Under the pieces are notes generated by a model. It ran no database searches. It worked only from the letters and a program-made list of their open reading frames with translations, and was not told the origin of the DNA. A program made the translations under genes and the position numbers. This document shows, in pieces, positions 9,373 to 19,831 of a DNA stretch of 32,000 bases (its first letter is position 1; the number at the start of each line of letters is the position of its first letter). Source of the stretch: Desulfotalea psychrophila LSv54 (GTDB lineage: Bacteria; Desulfobacterota; Desulfobulbia; Desulfobulbales; Desulfocapsaceae); the NCBI RefSeq assembly GCF_000025945.1, contig NC_006138.1, positions 2,610,001 through 2,642,000 of the forward strand, given 5' to 3'.

Positions 9373-9406
9373 AAAAAAAAGGCTCAATAGCAGAAGCTAT
9401 TGAGCC
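9373..9406 (-). terminator. Rho-independent terminator after mlaA
   Basis: Perfect 11-bp stem: ggctcaatagc (9381-9391) pairs with gctattgagcc (9396-9406), loop agaa. On the minus strand it is followed by T8 (complement of 9373-9380). It lies 28 bp after the stop at 9434. Confidence 0.85.
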
Positions 9407-9433
9407 TGGAGGACACTTAGGGGCAAGGCAGAG

Positions 9434-10189
9434 CTACTCTTTAATCTTTCTCGCCCGTATCTTTTCGTATGCATCTTTCATTGCCGCATAGGGATCAACG
9501 GAAGCATCTTTCAGTGACTCATAGTCACCAAGTCTCAGTGATGTATTATTTACAGTGACAGCACCAGTGATAATAAAGCTTGTGGCAAGATTATCGAGAT
9601 AAAAAGCAGGATAGAGAAATGTATCCCCGACAAGACCAGCAGTATCACGAAGACTTGAAGGGCCAAAAAGTGGCAAAACTATATAAACACCACCACCTAC
9701 CGAGTAGGAGCCCAGGGTCTGGCCAAGATCTTCATTGGAATTTGCCCAACCAAGATCATCCTGAGCAAGTTGGGTAAAGCCAAGTCCACCATAGGTGGTA
9801 TTAAAGAGAAAAATTGCAGTTTCCACCCCTGCCTCTTTAAACTTAAACTGAAGAACATTGCTGACAAAACGAATAGGGAAACCAAGATTGTAAAAGAAAT
9901 TCTTTATGCCAATCCGCGCAGGTTTGGGCATCACATAGGAATAGCCCTTTGACACCGGTTTAAGACACCAAAAATAGAGTTTATCGTTAAAGTAATACAT
10001 GCCCTTATTCATATAGTAGAGAGGATCGGCAATGGCAGTATCCGCCACTTTTGGCCCCGAATACTCTGCGTAAAGATCATCATCGTCTGCAAAAGTATCG
10101 CCTTCTGCAAAAATCTCGTCTGCATAGACAGAAAACGCGGGAAGGGTAAAAAGGAGGAGAATGGTTAAAAGAAGAATTTTCTTATGCAT
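9434..10189 (-). CDS. mlaA: MlaA/VacJ family outer-membrane lipoprotein
   Basis: Signal peptide, then the VacJ core DPLYYMNKGMYYFNDKLY...KNFFYNLGFP...N...G..G. It is the last gene of the mla cluster. Confidence 0.85.
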   Translation of the reverse strand: MHKKILLLTILLLFTLPAFSVYADEIFAEGDTFADDDDLYAEYSGPKVADTAIADPLYYMNKGMYYFNDKLYFWCLKPVSKGYSYVMPKPARIGIKNFFYNLGFPIRFVSNVLQFKFKEAGVETAIFLFNTTYGGLGFTQLAQDDLGWANSNEDLGQTLGSYSVGGGVYIVLPLFGPSSLRDTAGLVGDTFLYPAFYLDNLATSFIITGAVTVNNTSLRLGDYESLKDASVDPYAAMKDAYEKIRARKIKE

Positions 10190-10229
10190 ATTTTCTCATG
10201 ACTTGATGGTGAATAATATCTTGATGGAA

Positions 10230-10853
10230 TTAATCTTCCAAACTGGTAAGTTTTTCTTCCAATTGATTGATCATTTTTTCAGGACTGTCCCTGAACATTT
10301 TTCTATACTGCTCTCTATAGTTTGCGACCATACTTACCCCCTCAATTTTAACATCATAGACCTTCCAGCCTTCACCTGCATTAAACATCCTATAGTCAAC
10401 AAGCGTCTCCACCTCATCGTAATGGATAACTGTCATTACATCTGCCCGTAACTTACCGGATCTGGTTGGTTTAAGGAGATGATTATCGACATAGTCAATT
10501 TTCAGGGTATCCAGAGCCTTCCTGTTAAATTTATCAAGATAAACATGGGAGATGAGTTTCGTGAAAAGTTTGGTGAACCTGATCCTCTCTTCGGCTGAAA
10601 ATCGCCTCCAGTTATGCCCCAGGGCCCCCCGCGAAAAAGAGGCAAAGTCAAACATATGCTCTGCCTCTAAGAGCAGCCTATCATCCTGCTCTTTCTGCAT
10701 TCCCTGGAAATCAAATTGAGGGTCTTTAAGAATATCAAGAATAATATTGATGTTTCCCTTTAATGCATCCTGAGGATCTTTTGCCGCATAGAGGTCTGAA
10801 ACTGAAAAGCACAGTAAAAGGAGAAGTGCTGTAAAAAATTTATTCATTTTCAA
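10230..10853 (-). CDS. mlaC: phospholipid-binding periplasmic protein MlaC (Ttg2D family)
   Basis: Signal peptide. FDFASFSRGALGHNWRRFS..ER..F and WKVYDVKIEGVSMVANYREQY are typical of MlaC/Tol_Tol_Ttg2. Position is between mlaD and mlaA. Confidence 0.85.
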   Translation of the reverse strand: MKMNKFFTALLLLLCFSVSDLYAAKDPQDALKGNINIILDILKDPQFDFQGMQKEQDDRLLLEAEHMFDFASFSRGALGHNWRRFSAEERIRFTKLFTKLISHVYLDKFNRKALDTLKIDYVDNHLLKPTRSGKLRADVMTVIHYDEVETLVDYRMFNAGEGWKVYDVKIEGVSMVANYREQYRKMFRDSPEKMINQLEEKLTSLED

Positions 10854-10859
10854 TATCCG

Positions 10860-11312
10860 TTATTTACTATCTTTTTGGAAAATATACTTACTAATAAGGG
10901 ACTCTATATCAATTGAAGATTCGGTATTGTAGATGATATCTCCCGCGGCCAACATGTCCTCTGAACCTCCTGCTGACAGGTTTATGTATTTATCCCCTAT
11001 AATCCCAGAAGTTTTAACCGAGGCAATGGTGTCGTCGGAGAGTTCAACCTCCTTATTCAGTGAGAGTTCTACCTTGGCAACATATCTTGTTGTATCAAGT
11101 ATAATGCTCTTTACCCGGCCTATTTCAACCCCCGCCATCTCAACCTCAGCGCCAACCTTTAGGCCAGACACAGAGGTAAAAAAACCAAAAATTGGATACT
11201 TATCAGATCTGTTCCAATCTGCACCGCCGAGGGCAGTAAACAACCAAAAAAAGCAGAGACACCCTGCTATAATAAAAACACCAACATAAAACTCTATTTT
11301 TTTCTGAACCAT
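10860..11312 (-). CDS. mlaD: MCE-domain protein MlaD
   Basis: An N-terminal TM helix is followed by an MCE core GLKVGAEVEMAGVEIGRV. I place the start at MVQKKIEFYVG (complement of 11310-11312), 4 nt after the mlaF stop. The track ORF extends to 11381 inside mlaF. Confidence 0.85.
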   Translation of the reverse strand: MVQKKIEFYVGVFIIAGCLCFFWLFTALGGADWNRSDKYPIFGFFTSVSGLKVGAEVEMAGVEIGRVKSIILDTTRYVAKVELSLNKEVELSDDTIASVKTSGIIGDKYINLSAGGSEDMLAAGDIIYNTESSIDIESLISKYIFQKDSK

Positions 11313-11316
11313 AGCT

Positions 11317-12060
11317 TCACCGTAATTTATGTCCCTGTATAAATGACTTAACCAAATCTGAATCGAACTGGACAAGTTCATCTAAAGTTCCCTCGATAAC
11401 TGTCTTCCCCTGATCGATCATAACAATTCTCTGAGATATTTCAAATATATCAGGTATTTCATGGCTAACCACAACACCTGTAAAGCCAAAAACATCCTTA
11501 TAATCCCTGATCATCTGATGGACCTTATTTTTTCGTACAGGGTCAAGTCCCGTGGTTGGTTCATCAAAGAGAATGATCTCCGGTTTGGTTATAAGGGCCC
11601 GAGCGAGGGCAACTCTCTTCTTCATCCCACCTGAAAGCTCAGCTGGATAAGAAGAGGCCGTTTGCTCTATTTCCAAAGTGGTCATAATCTCATTTACCTT
11701 ACCAGCAATGCTCTCTTTACTGAAGAGACCTTTTTCCGAAAGAGGCAGGGCAATATTTTGAAAAATTGTTAATGAATCAAAGAGAGCATTATCCTGAAAC
11801 ATATAGCTGAATTTTTTCCTAAAGGTCCGCTGTTCCGACCTCGTCATATCATCGGTGCATTTACCCTCAAATTTTATAAGGCCGCTATCCTGCTGCATTA
11901 GGCCAATAATATGTTTAAGCAAAACACTTTTTCCACAACCACTTTTACCAATGATAACGGTAATTTCACCCCTATATATGGAAAGCGAAACCCCCCTCAA
12001 CACATGGTTATCACCAAAACTTTTTTCTACATCTATAAATTCAATCAGCGGTTCTGCCAT
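11317..12060 (-). CDS. mlaF: ABC transporter ATP-binding protein MlaF
   Basis: Walker A GKSGCGKS, signature LSGGMKKRVALARAL, Walker B ILFDEPTTGLDP, H-loop VVVSHE. Confidence 0.9.
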   Translation of the reverse strand: MAEPLIEFIDVEKSFGDNHVLRGVSLSIYRGEITVIIGKSGCGKSVLLKHIIGLMQQDSGLIKFEGKCTDDMTRSEQRTFRKKFSYMFQDNALFDSLTIFQNIALPLSEKGLFSKESIAGKVNEIMTTLEIEQTASSYPAELSGGMKKRVALARALITKPEIILFDEPTTGLDPVRKNKVHQMIRDYKDVFGFTGVVVSHEIPDIFEISQRIVMIDQGKTVIEGTLDELVQFDSDLVKSFIQGHKLR

Positions 12061-12114
12061 AATATTTACAATAAATTTATTTTTGTTATTTTATCGGTAA
12101 AAGGTCTTTCTCAG

Positions 12115-12903
12115 CTAAAGAAGAATATATGTGATCAGGTAATCATAAATCAGGATAAGAACACTGGAAGAGACAACGGCGTTGGTTGTTGCCAGGCTAA
12201 CAGCCCGTGAGCCAAAACCACCCTCCTTTTGTATATGCGCATAATACCCTTTAAAACAACATGTTGAGACAACAACAACGGCAAAAACAAGTGATTTAAT
12301 TATCCCGCTTCTAATATCCTCCATAACCACACTCTCGTGGACCCGGTACATATAGATATAACCGTTGACCTTTAGGGTTGTCGCTATGAAAAGACCACCA
12401 AATATACCAACAACATCAAAAATTGAGGTCAAAAGAGGAAAGCAAATTATAGAGGCAATGAGTCTCGGACTAAAGACAAATTTCACCGGATTAATATCCA
12501 TTGTCTGCAGGGCATCAAGTTGCTCAGATATCCTCATAGTACCTATCTCGGCGGCCATGGCAGAACCTGCTCTCGCCGTAATCATGATGGCGGTAAGTAC
12601 CGGTCCAAGCTCGCGGATAAGGGTGAGGGCAACAGCAGAGCCAAGCATGCCGGCAGAGCCAAATTTAGCCAGGGCGTAATAGCCCTGAAGGGCTAGGACC
12701 ATCCCTGTAAAAAATCCCGTTAAAATAACTACGGCCATGGACTTGGTACCAATAAACCAAATATTTTCAACTATTCTAAAAATTTGAAACGGCTTCTGAA
12801 AAATTTGACCTATACCTGTCAGTAAAAACAGACAAAAGCGCCCCAAATTTGTGACTCTGTCAATTGCCCAGGAACCAATTTCTTCAACTTTAAATGTTAA
12901 CAT
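12115..12903 (-). CDS. mlaE: ABC transporter permease MlaE
   Basis: 262-aa polytopic membrane protein. The MlaE-family segment is LIRELGPVLTAIMITARAGSAMAAEIGTMRISEQLDAL. It is the first gene of the cluster. Confidence 0.88.
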   Translation of the reverse strand: MLTFKVEEIGSWAIDRVTNLGRFCLFLLTGIGQIFQKPFQIFRIVENIWFIGTKSMAVVILTGFFTGMVLALQGYYALAKFGSAGMLGSAVALTLIRELGPVLTAIMITARAGSAMAAEIGTMRISEQLDALQTMDINPVKFVFSPRLIASIICFPLLTSIFDVVGIFGGLFIATTLKVNGYIYMYRVHESVVMEDIRSGIIKSLVFAVVVVSTCCFKGYYAHIQKEGGFGSRAVSLATTNAVVSSSVLILIYDYLITYILL

Positions 12904-13168
12904 GAATTATTACTTATATTTATATTATTGCGAGCACCAATGCCATCAATGCCGTTCGGCAAATGCTCCAAGGGATGGGAGCACCCTGGATACATTAAGC
13001 CCAACTCAAAACCATGAACCAAAAAAAGCACGAAGTCATTATGATCAAAAAACAACTATCTAATTTGTTTTAAAATTCTTAACAAGAAAAATCTTTAAAA
13101 AAATATTGCTCAGGCCTTTTCATGCATTTGCCAGTCAGAGTTTTTCGGCCACGCCCCTCAATAAAAAC

Positions 13169-14473
13169 TTACTCTGGCCAAAGTTCATCAAGCCAATCAA
13201 AAACCAGCTCAGCCATAAGGCTCCGATTTTCCCCTATACAATGCGAGGAGGCCCCTTCATCTTCCGGAGTAACGATAAGGGTTTTGTTCTTGCTTCCTAG
13301 CTTAGCCATAAACTCCTGTTGCTGCCGCTCAGTTTCCCGATTTACATACTCACCGGCACCGACAAGATCCAAAACGGGACAGGTAATAAGGGCTGGATTA
13401 AATTGAAATCCTCTGGTCTGCTCCGTCTGGCCCTTAATGTTTTCCGGCTCGAGCCCCCAACGCCAGGTCACTCCGGAGGTAACAGCCTTTTTGAAGGCCG
13501 GCCAGGAATCAATCTGCTCCTGACTCTCCTTTGAAAAAGGCATCTCTTTAAACATCAAGTAGTTATCAACGACAGCACTGCTGACAACAATGGCCTTTAT
13601 TCTCTTTTCAAGCGTGGCGGCCCGGGGGACAAAATAACCACCATTGCTGATGCCATAAACGGCAAGCCTTTCAGGATCAATCTCGGCAAAATCCAAGATG
13701 ACATCAAGGATGGCCTTCATCTCTATCTCTGTATCCTTTTTAAAGAACAGGCCTTCAGAGGGCAACATCCCCTGACCGGGAATATCGACGGTAACAAAGT
13801 TATAGCCACGAAGGATAGCCTGTGGCTCAATATAAAAAATATTATCCTCAACAAAGGTCTCCCCCCCACCAATCATCAGGAGTGTCTTCCGGGCTGTACC
13901 ATTCTGCTGGACAGGGCGGTAATAACCAGGAAGAACGGTTCCCGCAAAGGGCACCTCAAAATAGATCATGGCCGGGGAAAAGAGGGGGGCTGCCGCCTGC
14001 ATGCAACTGCGAACTTTTTTAGAAATAGTATTGAATTTGCCATCACTTACTGAGCGTGAAACCAGAGCTGTTCTATAATAGTTGGATGCCTTGAGAAGGC
14101 ATTGGCGAGCCGTTATCAAATGTCCTGCATCTAAAGCCCTTCGGGCCCGAAGCTCTTTTCGCAGGGCCATCCTTTCCCACTCATCCTGCCAGCTCTTAGG
14201 ATTACCGTCCTCTATATGAGCCGCCACATAAAATGCTTCGCCTATCTCGGCGCCGCCGTTGACAATACTGCCCAGAAGCCACTGAAAGGCAAAATCCATC
14301 TCATTATCGGTAAAGTGAAATCTGGTATAGGAACGATGAGCATCATAGACCTCTTTTTGCGCAGACTTCATTTGCGAAAGTCCTCTCTCTTCTGCCGCAG
14401 ATATTCTCAGCAGGGGAAGAAGAGGAGTGTTTATCAGACTAATAAATAGAGTGCAGATAATTATGACTTTCAT
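13169..14473 (-). CDS. secreted alpha/beta-fold hydrolase
   Basis: 434 aa with an N-terminal signal/TM segment. It has the nucleophile elbow GISNGG (GxSxG) in an alternating beta-alpha context, with a helical cap-like N-terminal half. Confidence 0.7.
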   Translation of the reverse strand: MKVIIICTLFISLINTPLLPLLRISAAEERGLSQMKSAQKEVYDAHRSYTRFHFTDNEMDFAFQWLLGSIVNGGAEIGEAFYVAAHIEDGNPKSWQDEWERMALRKELRARRALDAGHLITARQCLLKASNYYRTALVSRSVSDGKFNTISKKVRSCMQAAAPLFSPAMIYFEVPFAGTVLPGYYRPVQQNGTARKTLLMIGGGETFVEDNIFYIEPQAILRGYNFVTVDIPGQGMLPSEGLFFKKDTEIEMKAILDVILDFAEIDPERLAVYGISNGGYFVPRAATLEKRIKAIVVSSAVVDNYLMFKEMPFSKESQEQIDSWPAFKKAVTSGVTWRWGLEPENIKGQTEQTRGFQFNPALITCPVLDLVGAGEYVNRETERQQQEFMAKLGSKNKTLIVTPEDEGASSHCIGENRSLMAELVFDWLDELWPE

Positions 14474-14501
14474 AGATATCCTCTGGGTAAAATGAACCAG
14501 G

Positions 14502-14729
14502 ATGCCCGCGGCCAGGAAATTTTCTCTAATGATTTCAATATTAGTAATGGTTTCAGTATTGGTAATGATTATAGACTACCCATACCCCATAAAGCAAAAA
14601 ATAGATGGAGAGGAACAGGGTCTTTCTCTCAGCACATTCCCCGAAAAAAAACAGGCCTATTCTATTAAACAACTGATCGACATCTATAAACAAACCAATA
14701 AGCCCCCTCCTACAACACAAACTGACTAG
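14502..14729 (+). CDS. hypothetical small membrane protein (75 aa)
   Basis: The only support is one clear hydrophobic helix (LMISILVMVSVLVMII) and a position divergent from the hydrolase gene. There is no convincing RBS. Confidence 0.25.
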   Translation: MPAARKFSLMISILVMVSVLVMIIDYPYPIKQKIDGEEQGLSLSTFPEKKQAYSIKQLIDIYKQTNKPPPTTQTD

Positions 14730-15434
14730 TCAGGTAATAGCAAGAACTAGACTGAATGAGTAAAGCCAGCCAGCATTGAAATTTGCATTCAAGAGATAGG
14801 CTTGAATAGAGCTAGAGATAATTCCAGCCAAGAAAGCAAAGCTTATTGTGAAGGGAAGATTGATCTACAGACAGGGGCCTTGATAACATCGCTCCCCTGC
14901 CCGACCTACTGCTGAGCGAAGAGCTCTTTGCCCCGTTTACAGAGACGAAAGAAACCGCCATTTGCCGGATCGGAGCGAGAGGACAAATGTGACAGTGATG
15001 TGGACAGAAAATGGACAAGGGCAACCTTAATTACTATCCAATGTGAGACCACAAAATATTTTTTCCCTCTCCTTTAACAAATATGGAGTCCAGTTCCGGA
15101 ACAACCCTCTGCTGTAATTCCTGAAATGTCTCAGCTCCTGCCTGATTGAATAGATCCGGTTTCTGTCAATCTAACACCTCTCAACTCTACGGGCAGGGAG
15201 AGCAAACAGGACGGCTGAGATCAGCCACCATAGGTTCTGGTTAACATTTTAACCAATAACAACTAGTTAAACTATATTAAATCATCGTAAATACGATATT
15301 CATCCCAAAGGCTTTTGAGACTGGTTCTAGAGATATAAAGAGATTTTTCCTTGCAGCTTCATTCTTCAGCGCCCTCTACCTGTTAATAGATTTAGCTGAA
15401 AGTTGGCTGATCTCCTCAGAGGAAAACACACCTG

Positions 15435-16526
15435 TTAGGCTGTCTCTCTGTCATACTCACCGATCATAGAAATTCGCCTATCCAGATCCTCGGGAGAGAG
15501 ATGAGAGAAGTTATTGAAGGGGACAGGACTGTCATTGGGAAAGGCCCTTTCGACAGCCATGATTTGCCTCCACAGGGCAAATACGGCATCTATGATTTTC
15601 CCCGGCAATTTACCCCCTCTATCCATGGCAAGAAGTTCCCGTACCTTCTCTTCGGGTATCGCCCCTTGGCGATATGGCCGGGTGGGATCAAGCATGGCAT
15701 CGATCATATCGGCGACCGAGGTAATCAATGCCTCAAAGGGAATATCATCCCCCTTCAGTCCATCCGGATAGCCCGATCCATCAAGCTTTTCGTGATGGAA
15801 GCGGGCTACATTATAGGCCATTATCATCACAGGTGACTGGATACCTTCGCCAATAATGTCGGCGCCGTGTAGGGTATGGGCCTGCATCTCTTGCCACATC
15901 TCCGGATTCTCCCTCAAATTGCCCGGAAAGAGCAGGATCTCATCCCGGACCCCTATCTTGCCAATATCGTGCAAAGGCGCCACGAGGAAGAGCCGGTAGG
16001 CCAGAAGCAGATCATACCCCAGATGTCTGGCGAGCAAATGGGTGATCACCGCTACCCGCAGGGTATGGTTTGCCGTCTCATTATCCTTGAGTTTGGCCGC
16101 TCTCATAAGGGACAGAAGTCCCTCAATAACGGCCGTATCTCTATCGATGAGCCTTAAATGGGTCGCCACCCGTGCCAGTAAAATAGGAGGCTCAATAGGC
16201 TTGGTAACATAGTCTACCGCCCCCAGATCGAATCCCCTCTTCTTGTCAGCAATTTCTCCCTTTGCCGTGACGAAGATTACCGGGATATTTACCGTGAGAG
16301 GATCTTTTTTTAAGAGCCGGCAAACCTCATAGCCATCCATCTCCGGCATCATAATATCAAGGAGGATGAGATCAGGCATATGTTTTACCGCCCCGGCCAG
16401 GGCGCTTTTCCCGCTATTGGCAAATTTAAGGTTGTAAGAATCTGCCAAAACCTGTTGCAACAGGCTTAGGTTATTGGGTTCATCATCAACAAGTAATATT
16501 GTGAAACCTTGTCTGTACATATTCAT
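15435..16526 (-). CDS. response regulator with HD-GYP domain (putative c-di-GMP phosphodiesterase, RpfG-like)
   Basis: REC domain (ILLVDDEP, DLILLDIMMPEMDG, phospho-acceptor Asp context, VTKP). HD-GYP domain (HDIGKIGV, HHEKLDGSGYPDGL). Its start codon overlaps the kinase stop (ATGA, 16523-16526). Confidence 0.9.
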   Translation of the reverse strand: MNMYRQGFTILLVDDEPNNLSLLQQVLADSYNLKFANSGKSALAGAVKHMPDLILLDIMMPEMDGYEVCRLLKKDPLTVNIPVIFVTAKGEIADKKRGFDLGAVDYVTKPIEPPILLARVATHLRLIDRDTAVIEGLLSLMRAAKLKDNETANHTLRVAVITHLLARHLGYDLLLAYRLFLVAPLHDIGKIGVRDEILLFPGNLRENPEMWQEMQAHTLHGADIIGEGIQSPVMIMAYNVARFHHEKLDGSGYPDGLKGDDIPFEALITSVADMIDAMLDPTRPYRQGAIPEEKVRELLAMDRGGKLPGKIIDAVFALWRQIMAVERAFPNDSPVPFNNFSHLSPEDLDRRISMIGEYDRETA

Positions 16527-19500
16527 CCCTCCAGCTGGATACCGAGTCTTTCGGCCAGGATTCGGGTTTGGGATTTGGCCCGGGCAAAATCAAACGCATC
16601 AATAGCCCTCCTGATATTGATCATATCATCCTGGGTAAGGTATTCGCCAAGTTTACTGAGTCCAGGTTCGGCGACGACCGGGTCGTCTTGATCAAGCATG
16701 ATCAGCAGTTCCTGAAGCAGGCTGCTAACAGCCTTAGAGTCAAACTCCGGGGTGGCAATCCTTGCCACAGGCATCTTCAGCTTTCTGATCACTACCGCCG
16801 CATTTTTCAGTGCCGCCTGCAGGCTGGGGAGCAGCGTTGCCGCTGGCTCATGACTGCCTGCCTTCAGTGCGGCGTTGATCTCTGTTGCCAGGCGGGCAAC
16901 TTCAGGCAGAGAGAGATTTCCGGCCAGACCCTTAAGGGTATGGGAAATCATCCTGGCCTCCTTACTATTCTCGTCCAGTAACTGCTGAATTTTTTCGGCA
17001 TCGGCTGAATGTCTATCGGCAAAGCTGGCAAGAGACTTGGCAAAGACCAGCGGATCCCGCCAGGAGGCAAGTCCCCTGTCAATGTCGACTACATCGGCCA
17101 GCGGGGTGAGGTCGATATCCTGCCGTGCCTGGTCGCCAGGGAAGGTCTCCTCATTTAGGCTGCCAATACCTTTAGGTACCACCCTCTCCATGGTGGCAAA
17201 AAGTCCTTCCAGTATAATGGGCTTACCGACAACCGCATCCATACCGGCTCTCATATATCTTTGCCGATCCTCCTTCATTATACTGGCCGTTAAGGCAATG
17301 ATTGTAATGTGCCCCTTTGATTCCCTTTCAAGGGCGCGAATTTTACGGGTTGCCTCTATCCCGTCCATTTCAGGCATCATCACATCCATAAGGATAAGAT
17401 CAAATGTGCCCCCCTTGTACATCTCTACTGCCTGACTACCGTTCCAGACATGTCTGACCCTATGCCCCTGCTGTTCCAGGCGCAACTGGGCCAGGGTGGC
17501 ATTTCCCGGCACATCTTCAGCCAGGAGAATTTGAAAACGGCGGGGCGACTCGGGCGAGGACGCTTCGCCTGTTAAGGCATGATCAACGCCGGTAGCCCTG
17601 CAGGGGCTTATTACCGGCAGCTGAGCCGTAAAATGGAATGTTACCCCCCTTCCCAGTTCACTCTCCACCCATATCCGTCCTCCCATAAGTTCGACAAGCT
17701 GTTTGCTAATGGTCAATCCCAGGCCGGTACCGCCGTAACAGCGGGCAGTGGAGATATCGGCCTGGGTAAAGGGATTGAAAATATTTGCTGCCTGCTCGGC
17801 TGTCATGCCAATTCCCCTATCTGCCACCGAGAAGTGGAGGGAGGCATCTCCCTGGTCCGAGGCCCTGACCCCTATGGTGATCTTGCCAGTTTTTGTGAAC
17901 TTGATCGCATTGCCGACTAAATTTATGATTACCTGACCTAGTCGGGTCGGATCTCCGAGATAACAGTGGGGAAGATCGGCGTCGAAATGAAAATCAAGGC
18001 CAATCCCCTTTTCCTCAGCCTGGGACTCCACTGTTTTTAAGGCCTCTTGGACTATCCTTGGCATATCGAGACAGGTAGCCTCAAGTGCGAACTCCCCGCT
18101 CTCCAGCTTACTGACATCCAAAATGTCGTTAATAATTATCAGTAAACCTTTGGCCGAACTGTACGCCGTCTCCAGATGTCTGCGCAGCTCTGCGCAGAGC
18201 AACCTGCTCTCCAGAGTGATCTGGATAAAGCCAAGCACCGAGTTCATCGGTGTACGAATTTCATGACTCATATTGGCAAGAAAGGCTGACTTGGCGATAT
18301 TGGCCGTTTCAGCAGCCTCTTTGGCTATTTTGAGTTCGTATGTTCTCTCTTCCACCAGCCGGGCAAGGTTGTCCCGATGTTTGCGGAGTGCCTCTTCGGC
18401 CCGGTTTATTTCGCTGAGATCCACTACCATGCCAACAAAAATCCGTTTTTCCAGCCTCACCTCACTGACGGAAAGATGCATTGGGAATTCCACCCCATCC
18501 TTTCTTACCCCTGTAAGCTTGTTACCTACTCCAATAGCCTTCATCCTGCCGGTCTTAAGATAATGATCGACATATTTATTATGACTTGAACGGTGGGGCT
18601 CAGGCATAAGCATCCGCACGTTTCGGCCAATAATTTCTTCTGGCCCATAGCCAAACATCTTTTCGGCTGACCGATTAAAGGACTGGACTATCCCTGTCTC
18701 ATCTATTGTGATGATGGGGATGACTGCCTTGTCAATAATTGCCTCTGCCCGAAGCTCACTTTTTCTCAGCTGAGCCGTCTTTTCTGCCACCTGCCATTCG
18801 ATCTCTGAGGTTCGTAGCGCATTATTTCGGAACTGCAGGGCAAGCAAGACTGTCAGGACAATACCAACAATAAAAACGGCCATTGCGCTGGGCGGAAAGC
18901 CCTGAATCTGCCCAGCCTCTGATGGGGACAGACATACCCTCCACTGCCGCCCTGCCACAGCGATCTCCCTGATGACATGAAGACCAGATGTCCGTATGCC
19001 CTCCTTGAAATATTGCTCACCGGGGCACTTTCCCCCAGCAGGGTAAATAAGTTCTGCACCATCATGGATATGCATCATAATATGAAACTGGCCGGGATCG
19101 ATTTGGGCAAGAGCCCTCTCGCCGATGGTATCGACGGCAAAAGCTGCCACCACAAAACCTCGCAGCGTCTCCCGCCGTTCGGCAATAGTGCTTGCGAGGC
19201 CTTGATAGACCGGTGCTACCACCAAAAAAGAAAAGCGCTTTTTCTTATGCTGCACCAAATGGATTACCTGCGATGCCGTGACCTTGCCACTATCACGGGC
19301 CTGCATAAGCATGGTTCGACGCTTTGGCTCAGAGCTAAGGTCAAAGCCAAAGGCGGCTCCGTTAACCCCTGTTGGCTCGATATAGAAAACGGGAAAATAC
19401 TTTTCTCTTACCCCTGCTCTGACCAGTTTTCCATTTTGCAGTTCACTAAAGCGAAAGCCGGACAGGCCGACGGCCCTTGCCTCGTCCACAAATTTAGCCC

Positions 19501-19831
19501 GCTGGGAGTTGGCAACCCTGGGAATCCATCCAAGCACATCCAGGCTGTTATCGACAACTTTTACGCTTTGAAACCAGAGACGAAATTCATATCGCTCAAC
19601 AAGATGCGAGGCATCGAAGAATGCCACCGCCGGTGTAAGGATGGAGAGATCAACCTCTATATCTCTCCTAATGGCGGCGGCCTGCCTGTCCGCCTCCCTC
19701 TGAAATTGGGCAATGGTGTTTTCGCTTACCTGCTGGTAATTGATATAGGCCATGATGCCTGACAGCAGCAGGCCCAGTATGATCGTTAACCATACGGACG
19801 CTCTGTTCCAGCCGTTTCTAAATTCTTTCAT
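16523..19831 (-). CDS. hybrid sensor histidine kinase: CHASE-TM-PAS-HisKA-HATPase-REC-Hpt
   Basis: 1102 aa. Periplasmic CHASE-like segment (YFPVFYIEP...[13 protein letters not shown]...ARDSG). A second TM helix, then PAS ([18 protein letters not shown]). H-box [14 protein letters not shown], then the N/G boxes ([24 protein letters not shown]). REC ([14 protein letters not shown]) and a C-terminal Hpt ([12 protein letters not shown]). Confidence 0.92.
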   Translation of the reverse strand: MKEFRNGWNRASVWLTIILGLLLSGIMAYINYQQVSENTIAQFQREADRQAAAIRRDIEVDLSILTPAVAFFDASHLVERYEFRLWFQSVKVVDNSLDVLGWIPRVANSQRAKFVDEARAVGLSGFRFSELQNGKLVRAGVREKYFPVFYIEPTGVNGAAFGFDLSSEPKRRTMLMQARDSGKVTASQVIHLVQHKKKRFSFLVVAPVYQGLASTIAERRETLRGFVVAAFAVDTIGERALAQIDPGQFHIMMHIHDGAELIYPAGGKCPGEQYFKEGIRTSGLHVIREIAVAGRQWRVCLSPSEAGQIQGFPPSAMAVFIVGIVLTVLLALQFRNNALRTSEIEWQVAEKTAQLRKSELRAEAIIDKAVIPIITIDETGIVQSFNRSAEKMFGYGPEEIIGRNVRMLMPEPHRSSHNKYVDHYLKTGRMKAIGVGNKLTGVRKDGVEFPMHLSVSEVRLEKRIFVGMVVDLSEINRAEEALRKHRDNLARLVEERTYELKIAKEAAETANIAKSAFLANMSHEIRTPMNSVLGFIQITLESRLLCAELRRHLETAYSSAKGLLIIINDILDVSKLESGEFALEATCLDMPRIVQEALKTVESQAEEKGIGLDFHFDADLPHCYLGDPTRLGQVIINLVGNAIKFTKTGKITIGVRASDQGDASLHFSVADRGIGMTAEQAANIFNPFTQADISTARCYGGTGLGLTISKQLVELMGGRIWVESELGRGVTFHFTAQLPVISPCRATGVDHALTGEASSPESPRRFQILLAEDVPGNATLAQLRLEQQGHRVRHVWNGSQAVEMYKGGTFDLILMDVMMPEMDGIEATRKIRALERESKGHITIIALTASIMKEDRQRYMRAGMDAVVGKPIILEGLFATMERVVPKGIGSLNEETFPGDQARQDIDLTPLADVVDIDRGLASWRDPLVFAKSLASFADRHSADAEKIQQLLDENSKEARMISHTLKGLAGNLSLPEVARLATEINAALKAGSHEPAATLLPSLQAALKNAAVVIRKLKMPVARIATPEFDSKAVSSLLQELLIMLDQDDPVVAEPGLSKLGEYLTQDDMINIRRAIDAFDFARAKSQTRILAERLGIQLEG

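Noticed and set aside
18977-19762. 261-aa plus-strand ORF
   Set aside because: It lies entirely antisense within the well-supported histidine kinase gene and has no recognisable motifs. The same reasoning applies to 16568..16981, 17037..17435, 17579..17920 and 18273..18563.
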